A stretch of DNA of 64,000 nucleotides from Octopus sinensis (lineage: Eukaryota): NCBI RefSeq assembly GCF_006345805.1, contig NC_043004.1:54312001-54376000 (forward strand), read 5' to 3'. Positions 55,738 through 64,000 of this stretch are shown here, piece by piece (within the stretch, counting starts at the first letter, position 1; the number at the start of each line of letters is the position of its first letter). A program made the translations under genes and the position numbers. The notes beneath the pieces were generated by a model. The model was not told the DNA's origin, did no database searches, and saw nothing but the letters and a program-made list of their open reading frames with translations.

Positions 55738-58700
55738 TTATGTTGTATCTTTCACTCGCAACTTTCGTGCTACATCTTTCCATCGTTCTTCATACACTCT
55801 CTTAGTCAGGCATATTCTCTCCAGCCCTATCTTCCTTTTCAGGTGAAAGATGAAATAATTCATCAAACCAGGGCCGGAGATGAACTTGCCTGACTGTAAA
55901 CCTTTCATTCTCGTCTTCCATATCACCTCTTTCGCAATTGCTACTACAACGAGAAAACGAAACTTACCTTCATTCACGAGGAAATCCGGTGGGTCAATTT
56001 TTGTAATCGACTCAGTCGACAGCTGTACTCTTCGTGTACCTGACAACAGCTGTTCGGCATAAACCCACACCTCAGACACGTCCGGACAATGAACAATAGC
56101 GTGCGGGACGGTTTCCCTATCCCGCCCGCATCTTGGACATATCGGACTGCCTTGGCCACCGTGCCTTGCGAGTTTATCCCGAACAGGTAGAGCTCCTCTG
56201 TAGCATTGCCATGCCAGAGACTTCTGGAAGTTGTCCAGTGTCCTCGGCTTGAACGTACGTCGGAACAGACTGGCCAGCTGATTATCGTCGAGACCTAGGG
56301 TTTCCCCCAAGGTATCTTCACATTCCGCCTCTACCAACCCTCTATAGAAGAATGTGGTGGAACCCCCACCGCAGGCGTTGCCCGAGCGACGGAATAGCAG
56401 GAGAGCCTTGCGACACTCCGTGTACGAAGTACCAAGTTTCGATCTACGATTCAGCCAGGTTTCCCATCCACCGAAACTAGTGAACTTGGGAAACAGTTTT
56501 GCTAACGAAGACCACACCCGTTCACCATCCAGGTAGAGCCACAGATGTCTTAACCTCAGCGCATGTCTGCGCATCATCAGCCAAGGCATCCCTAGCCCAC
56601 CCTTTAACGGTTGTTGACAGCAAGTAGAGCGTTTCACAAGTGGTTTCCTGCCCTTCCACAAGAAGTAGAAGAGCTGTCTTTCCAACTTGATCAACCACGA
56701 ATCAGGGCAAGGAAAGACGGAAAGGCGGTAGGTGATAACCGATGCGATAAACACATTGGCTACCTCCGCCCTCCCTTTCAGGGATAGCCACCGCCAAGAC
56801 CAGGTCTTGGCTACTGCAGCCACCTTGCTCGTTATCTCGCCCCAATTCTTCTCTATTTGGAGGTCTGGACCGAACCAGACCCCTAGCAGTTTAATCGGAC
56901 CCTCCGTCCAACGTCCCACGACGCTGTCAGGAGGCATCGACTTGCCTCTCCAGGTGCCGAGTTGCAAGCCGACTGACTTTTCGCGATTAACTTTTGCTCC
57001 TGTCACCGTCTCGTAAGCCTCTATGGCCTTGCCTACTTTACATAGGTGGTCCATTTCGGTTACGATGATGGTGATGTCATCCGCGCACGCTGACACTGAT
57101 TTTCCATTACCTGGCTGTCTCGGGATGCCGCTCAGTTTTCGCAGTAATGGCTCAAGAGCCATCACGTACAAAAGCGGGGAGAGCGGACACCCTTGACGAA
57201 CCGAGCGTTTGATTTTGAACGGCTTCGACAAGAAGCCGTTCACCCGAACTACCGAGTCGATGTTATCATAAATTTGGATAATCCACCTGAGGAAGCCAAG
57301 GCTCAGCCCGAACTGTGCCAGGGCAGATACCAGATAACGATGGTCGACCCTATCAAAAGCTTTAGATTGGTCTAAATGGACCAGTGCCCCACCCTTGCCA
57401 GAATCACTATTAAACCCCTCTATCGTGTACCGCATTAGATGGAGATTATCCTGAATGGATCTGCCCGGAACGGCACATGTCTGTGCCTCTCCGATCAGAC
57501 CATCCGCGACTCGCGCCAATCTTTTCGATAACACTTTGGCCAAAATCTTCAACTCTGTGTTTAGCAGAGTGATGGGCCTGAAATTATCAATACACTCCCC
57601 CTTGCTCGGGTCCTTTCTGACGAGAGTCACCACTCCCCGGCGCACAGATCTGGGTATAAGCCCGTTCTGCTGCCAGTTCGCATAGACCTCCGCCAGTAGG
57701 TGCCCGAACAAGTCTGGAATACTCTTATATAACTCATAGGGTAGACCATCCAAACCCGGCGCCTTGCCCGCGCCGCAGTCCGCCATTGCCTCAACCACCT
57801 CCTCATGCGTGATTGGCCCTTCACAGCCCTCCGCATCTCGCCCCGATAAGCGCGGCAGCCCGTCGAGTAGGTCCGTAAAGGCCCTCCTCCTATCCAGTCC
57901 GCCGCACTCACCGAAAAGCTGAGCGAAGTGCTCCTGAAAGGCCTCACACATCTCCTCGGGTTCGTTTATCAACTCACCTTGTTGGTTCGTCAAAGATCGA
58001 ATCGTGGCATCGTTACCATGCTGAGCTTCCACCACTCGGGCCCATCTCACGGTGTTGATTCCTTCACATCCCATATGGCGGATTCTAGCCCTGACAATGC
58101 AGCCCATGTGTTTGGCCTCGAGGTGCTGGTTTAACACCAGTCTCTTGGACGCCACCTGAGCCGCAGAGCCAGTTTTCATGACTTCCTCTAATTCCTTAAC
58201 TAGAGTATTATCCCCTCTAGCCTCCCTAGCCACTACTCCTATGCTATATCTAATAGACTCAAACTTGATGGCTCGTTTGAGGGCGTACCACCATTTGTTA
58301 TTAATGATGGTACCAGATAGTGCCCTCTGAATTATATTCCTAATCCGGTCTTTGTACTCCTTAATCGCCAAAAGGGACGTATTAAGTTTCCAGTAACCGG
58401 ATCCTCTATTTCTAACCTTATCTATATCAAGCTTACAAGTGACCATTTTATGATCACTGTAGCTGATCGGGTAAAACTGGACACTTAGCTATTTTACTGT
58501 CTACTTTTCTAATTAGTATTCTATCTAAATATGACCTGGAAGATCCGTCGCTGTTTGACGATGTCCACAATGGAGCGTTCGGAAATTCCAGCCTATACGG
58601 ATCTGCTAGCTCAAAGCGGCTTAGCAGTTCCTTGAAGCTACTGTTACCTTTCCTATCTGGACACGAGCCAACACAATCTACATCCGCTTTGCAAATTGTG

Positions 58701-59125
58701 TTAAAGTCTCCTAGCACCACTAATGAATGCGAAGTACCAAGAATTTTTTCTAGTTCACGAAAATAATCACTTTGCCCATGGTTGGGTGCGTAAATTGCAA
58801 CCAGTCTGATAACTTTACCGTTACTGAACGTCAAATCCATGACGACCAGCCTACCTTCTGGATCTGCAAAAATTAACTTTTTCCCAGAAACCCGGTTTCT
58901 TTTTAATAGGACCAACACCCCACTCCCGCCTGCAGGACTGCCAGGAGAGAAAAAACTCTCGTAGCCGTCAAACAGCGGGAGTAGACCTCTTGGCCCCTCT
59001 AACCGGGTTTCTGTAGCAACAATAACATCTAAATTACGCGACCTGATATCATGCAGGAAGCGACCTTGCTTCCAGCCTGTTCCCAGGCCGCGCACATTCA
59101 AACAACCAACATAAATGTAATCCAT
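55738..59125 (-). pseudogene. Tx1-type ORF2 (endonuclease/reverse transcriptase), one frameshift
   Basis: ORFs 58454-59125 and 55738-58446 are adjacent parts of one EN-RT protein. Confidence 0.92.
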
Positions 59126-59325
59126 TACTTACCCTTGTATCAGTAGTTCGACTTGTTCGTCTAGTTTTTCCTCGTCTTCACTTTTATTTTTTTCCTTGGC
59201 TCGTGGGGGAGTCCGACGCAGGCCCTCGTATAGATATGGAGACATGTCCAATCTCAGAGGGCCCACGTCGTGGAAGAATTCGGATTTTATCCGCCTGTAA
59301 TCCTTCCGGCCTATTTTATACACAA

Positions 59326-59727
59326 CTAGCAGTATCGCCCGGCGTTGCTCAGGTTTGTAAGGGAAATAACTATAAAGCATTTTTAGAGAGTTTAGTCAAA
59401 AAATAGCAAAAAAATGGAAAAAAATGGTAAATTTTTTTTGAGAGTTAAAAAAGGATGGAGTTGCGTCCCCTAGACAGTTTGTGGTTCGTGTTTCTGATTC
59501 TCGACCCCATGTCGAATTTATCGATTTTTTTCAGAACTGGGGAAACTTTTCAAACTTTTGGCTGCGTTAGTTTTGAATTATGACATTGGGCTATGTGTGT
59601 GTGTGTGTGTGTGTGTGTCAAGTTTCATCAGAATCGGTTGAAAGCCGTGGTCAGGGTGAGGGTACAAGCAAACAGACACACAGAAACACGCACAGACAAA
59701 CTGCCGTTTATATATAGAGAGAAGAGA
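59326..59727 (-). mobile_element. Non-autonomous Helitron inserted in Tx1 ORF1
   Basis: 5' A|TCTCTTCTCTCTATATATAAACGGCAG and 3' hairpin CCTGAGCAACGCCGGG followed by CTAG|T, the same terminus family as 21249. Confidence 0.88.
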
Positions 59728-61114
59728 TGCAGTCTTTTGTTTTCCTCACTCTTTCCACTTTGGCCATGGCTGCCAAAACATTAACTAGTCTATTATTGGT
59801 GGCCTTAATGGCCATAAATGAATTGGTTGCTTCCTTTCTCTTCTGGTTCTCTTCTTGAGGGGTGGTTTCTGTTTTCCGTTTTTTTTTTTGGTAACTTTTG
59901 ACCACCCCTCCTCTTTTTCCTTTTCTACGCCACTTGATGATTCTACTACCTCTTTGGTTTCATGTGTTTTTTCCTCTGTTTTCTTTTCTGTTTCTGTTTC
60001 TTCCTTTTCCGGCGGTGCTTCTACCTGCGGTTTAGGTTGGCACTCTGCTCTTACGTGCCCCTTTTTTCCGCAGCCGAAGCACCTCGGCTTTCTTCCTTCC
60101 ACGGAAACTAACACCCTCTCCTCCTCGCTGAGCCTCAATACCTCCGGTATTTCTTCTAGTGTTTGGACTTCGGCTTGGATTGCCATTGTGATGCACTGGC
60201 CCTGCCAAAACCCTTCCTCCTCCACTGTAGCCTGGAGGATAGTGATTTTGTCCTTCAGGCCTAGCATCACTGCCGCCACCAGGCATGTGGCGTCCGCTTC
60301 TGGCGGAATATTTTTAATTACTATTTTTGAGGTCCTTCTGAGGGGTAGAAGGACTATATTCCCTACTTTTTGAGGTTCGGTAGATAGCTTCTTTGCTATC
60401 TCCTCGGTCTTAAACCTCACCTCAACTGTTCCGAACCTTCTGCCTCGGTTTATGTATGTTATGTCTTTTCTTATTGCCTTCAGACAATCTTCTATTTTCT
60501 TTTCTTCAACTTTTTGGATGCTTTACGTTGTTATATTGTAGGTCTTATAGATGATCCTTTTCTTTTCTATTTCTTCTTTCTTTCCGACGTCTGCTTCCAC
60601 TGCTATTTCGTTTCCTTCTTTTTTCAGAAGGACTTCATATTTTTCCAGGTTATCTGTGTTGATCCTTTTTTGTTTTCGACCTGCGACTTCCGCGAACTTC
60701 TTCGCTGGGGCCTTTTCTTTTTCTGGCGTCACCGCCGGTTCTTTTTCCGGCGTCACCGCCGGTGAACTTTCTTCACCTGAGATCGGTGAATATGAGATAG
60801 GGAGTTCCATCTCAAGCTTTTTCAATTGGCTTTCACAGCCTTCAGAAGACATTTTTGGCTTTGCAAGCCTTTTGTAGATTTTTAAATGTGTTCCACACAA
60901 GATGTCCCACAATAATTCCCCCGCAAGGGGGGAACTAAATACGCAGCCTTCGCGCGAAGGCCACTGACAGTCTTATACAAAAGACGCAATAAATCAAAGC
61001 GACAGTAATTAAATCAACGAATCGGTATTAACAAAGTAGCAGCAAATGACAAACCAGACAGGCACTCGAATAAGTATTCAGTCGTTCAAAGTTCAATTTT
61101 TCAGTATCGATATT

Positions 61115-62830
61115 CACAATTATTTCTTTATTACCCACAAGGGGCCAACGAAGTGTGAGACATTACAAGACATGGGGACATAGAACATTATAATTAGATT
61201 TATGAAGGATGAATTATTACATGAAAAAATGATAATATGAAAGCGATTCTAAAGACCCCATCCTTTTGCATCACTTACCTGTCCTTTGGTTTTCACTGTC
61301 ACTTAAATGTTCATTCCCAATGATAAAATATTTCTTCTCTATTCTTACTTTAAAACAATCCTCTATATTTTCCACGGATTCATCACCCAAACTTTCCTCA
61401 TACACCTCCCAATTCTCCCTTTCACACCTCAACATAAACTCATCTATTCTCTTCTTTTCAATCACAGCATATCTGGTGTCACCTAAGTCACACCATGCAT
61501 ACTCTTCCATTACCCTTTTAACTTCTTTCTGTTTTGTCTTAGTACAAATGTTCGGCCTGGGTTCGATTTCAGTCTCTTGTCTGTCTGTGTTAATTTTTTT
61601 TTTGTTTTCTTGTTGGAGGGGAGCGGGTGGGTTCACTGTCTGCAGGGGAAGGGTGGGATTCAGAGGGTGCGGGTGGTGTTGGGGTGGGTTGGGGCTTCGC
61701 ACAGTTTTTCTTTTTCTTTCTTTTTCTCTTTTTTCTGCCTTCTTCCCACTCTTGTTGCATCTCCTCTTCTTCTGTCGTTTCCTTTTCTGTTTGTTTCTCT
61801 ATAATTTCTTCCTCTTTTGGGGCTTCCGCAACGATTTCCTTTTCTTTTTCCTTTAATGGGGGAGGGCAGTAGGCTCTTATGTGACCCCTCTGGCCACACT
61901 TGTAGCACCTGGGCGCCCTACCCTCCACCCACACTCTCATAATAATATTTCCAGTTTTTATACTGTCCGTAAGCTTTTCTATAACTTCCGCCTCCGTCTG
62001 TATATTCATTTCTAGTGTGGCACCTCTCACGCCTTCATATTTCATAATGGCGTGTAGGATGTCCACTTTATCTTCATTTCCTTTGATAACCGCAGCCGTT
62101 ATTAATTCGCCCTCTAGGTGTGGAGGTATTCCCACCACCCTAATTCTGGTGGTCCTTCTATTCAAATACGTGGGGAACAAGTAAATCTTTTCTGTACTCA
62201 CCACCTTGGCTGCTACATTCCTGGCTGCTTTCTCACTTTTAAATTGTACCGTTATGGTTCCATATTGTAATCCTTTTGTCATGTACACAATTTCTTCTCC
62301 TGTCTGTTTGAGAGCCTCTTCAATTGCTTCCATGTTAATCACTTCCATTTTTCTACCTCCATTCATAAATACTTTATATTTAATGGTTCTACGATGGAAC
62401 CAGTCTCCACGCGCTGCTGGAGGCAACAGCTCTACCTCTCCGTTCTCCTCCTCCTTCATGAACTCCTGGAAGCCCGTCAACTTAGCCAGGTCTATCTCTT
62501 TTTCTGTTGACCTCTTCGTTACACCTGCGTAGGTGCTTTCCACTTTTTTCACCGCCAACTCCTCCTCAGATGTTGCCGAATTTTCAGAGAAATTTCTCCC
62601 CTCCATCTCGTCCGTTTGGTAGAGGCAGCTCATAGTCGCCTCAGGCCGAAAAACGGCCTCCCGAACCGAAAAAGTGCAACGCGCAGAACCAGTGAAACGC
62701 GAAACCGCATCAACGACGTTCAAAATTTCACAACAACAACCATTCACTTTTTTGTTCTTTTTACTTTTTTACCGAATTTTACAAACGTAACAAAACCCGG
62801 CCAACTTTTTTCAAGAGGATTGCCACGTTT
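61115..62830 (-). mobile_element. ORF1-only Tx1-like element (HAL1-like or ORF2-deleted copy)
   Basis: ORF 61590-62747 plus a frameshifted continuation to 61271 is homologous to the neighbouring Tx1 ORF1 (GTITVQFKSE..A, VWVEGRAPRCYKCGQRGHIRAYC). About 11 codons of an ORF2-like start follow, then a short UTR ending CCCCTTGTGGGTAATAAAGAAATA. No EN or RT is present. Confidence 0.8.
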
Positions 62831-62939
62831 AAATAAGAAATGGAAATCATTTAGTTAATCATGCAATTTTGGGAATATTCCATTTTTTACTGATATATAC
62901 TACAATAACAAAGAAATTATTTAAGATTTTAGATGTATG

Positions 62940-63235
62940 CATAAGTATTCTTATGGTTCCAAAACGCATGGTTGTCAGTTCAGTCCCACTGTGTGGTAAC
63001 TTGGCATGTGTCTTCTACTATAGCCTGAGACCAACCAAAGCCTTGTCAGTGGATTTTGTAGACAGAAACTGAAAGAAATCAATCGTATATATATGTATGT
63101 ATGTATGTAAGTCTGTGTATGTGTCTTTGTGTTTCTCCCTCATCACTGCTTCACAACTGGTGTTCGTTTATTTACATCCCCATAACATTCTGGTTTCACA
63201 AGAAGAAACTGATAGAATAAGTACCAGGCTTATCA
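62940..63235 (+). mobile_element. tRNA-derived SINE (same family as 124-577), degenerate
   Basis: GTTCAGTCCCACTGTGTGG...CTTCTACTATAGCC...GTAGACAGAAACTGAAAGAA, a microsatellite, then GATAGAATAAGTACCAGGCTT. Confidence 0.8.
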
Positions 63236-63347
63236 AAATTTAAAATAGCTCTACGCAGTGTCTCACATTTTTGTTTGCCCACTCAGTTGTATCTATCAAT
63301 TTATCTTTGTGTGTGTGTGTGTGTGTACATACATATATATATATATG

Positions 63348-63429
<82 letters not shown>

Positions 63430-63499
63430 ATTTCGTGGACAGGAACTGAAACAAATCAATCGTATATATATGTATGTAATATGTAAGTGTATGTGTTTT

Positions 63500-64000
63500 A
63501 GTATTGGCAACATGAATGACAATAGCCAGAGACTACTTGAAGTTTGCACATACCATAACCTGTGCATTACCAACACATTCTTTCCCAACAAGACATCCCA
63601 CAAGGCATCTTGGAGACATCCAAGATCTCACCACTGGCATGAGTTGGATCTCAAGATCCTTTCTGACCCGTAGCGCGGATTGTGAGACAGATCATTCACT
63701 AATAAGAAGGGTGAGGATTCTGCCTAAAAAGTCCATCACTCCAAGAAAATTAGCCAACCACGCATTAACACTGCCAGAACCTCGAACCCTACACTGCGAC
63801 AATGTTTTGCTGTTTTTATCAAGGTTGCCCTCAGTAGCTGCCCAACCTCCTCTGCTGAAAGTAGGTGGAATTATATCAGGGAAGCTTTGTATACCACATC
63901 AATAGATACTTTCGGAATGAGAGAAAGGTAAAACCCAGATTTTGTTCAGTGCTGGGCTCTCAGAGCTGGAACCAGTTATCGAAGCAAAGCGTACAGCTCT
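63500..64000 (+). mobile_element. RTE-type LINE endonuclease fragment, decayed, running off the window
   Basis: GNMNDNSQRLLEVC...CITNTFF..K..HKASWRHPRSHHWHELDL...SADCETDHSL is the C-terminal half of an RTE-type APE domain. Confidence 0.8.

Larger units (their letters stand above)
55490..61090 (-). mobile_element. Near full-length Tx1/L1-clade LINE (ORF1 with CCHC knuckle; ORF2 APE-RT-CCHC), inactivated
   Basis: ORF1 runs about 60850 to 59129 with CFGCGKKGHVRAEC. ORF2 starts at 59125 (GCLNVRG, ATETR, GDFN, YLDRIL), frameshifts near 58450 and continues to 55738 (RPITLLN, LDQSKAFDRV, VRQGCPLSPLLY, SACADD, CPRC...H...C). The 3' end is CCCCTTGTGGGTAGTAATAAAATA. YADD reads CADD. Confidence 0.95.

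Noticed and set aside
61085-61115. Faint similarity to U6 snRNA (ATACTGAAAAATTGAAC versus ATACTAAAATTGGAAC) at the Tx1 junction
   Set aside because: The match is only about 15 AT-rich nt and none of the rest of U6 is present.
55880-62858. Plus-strand ORFs over the Tx1 elements, and likewise those opposite the RTE/CR1 at 14-19 kb
   Set aside because: They are antisense shadows of retrotransposon ORFs.

Overview
AT-rich eukaryotic genomic DNA made almost entirely of repeats. The tRNA-derived SINEs with an internal (TA/CA)n tract and the RTE tails resemble Octopus repeats, so a coleoid cephalopod origin is likely (inference). No complete host gene is recognisable, only a few weak candidate exons at 6.4-12 kb. 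Bases 1-23 kb and 50.5-64 kb are a mosaic of decayed transposons: pogo/Tigger, hAT, several mariner/Tc1 copies (two nested sets), piggyBac-type MITEs, Helitrons (one with a PIF1 fragment), an RTE LINE interrupted by a CR1-group LINE, RLE-type remnants, a near full-length Tx1/L1-type LINE and an adjacent ORF1-only relative. About 23.4-50.5 kb is a single 29-bp satellite array with layered variant blocks, interrupted by a CR1-group LINE and by an 860-bp non-coding element. That element has two ~310-bp direct repeats, each holding a type I hammerhead-ribozyme-like fold (retrozyme/Penelope-pLTR-like), and it is the most interesting signal found. Most ORFs in the track are microsatellite, satellite or antisense artefacts. 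All alignments and folds were done by eye.
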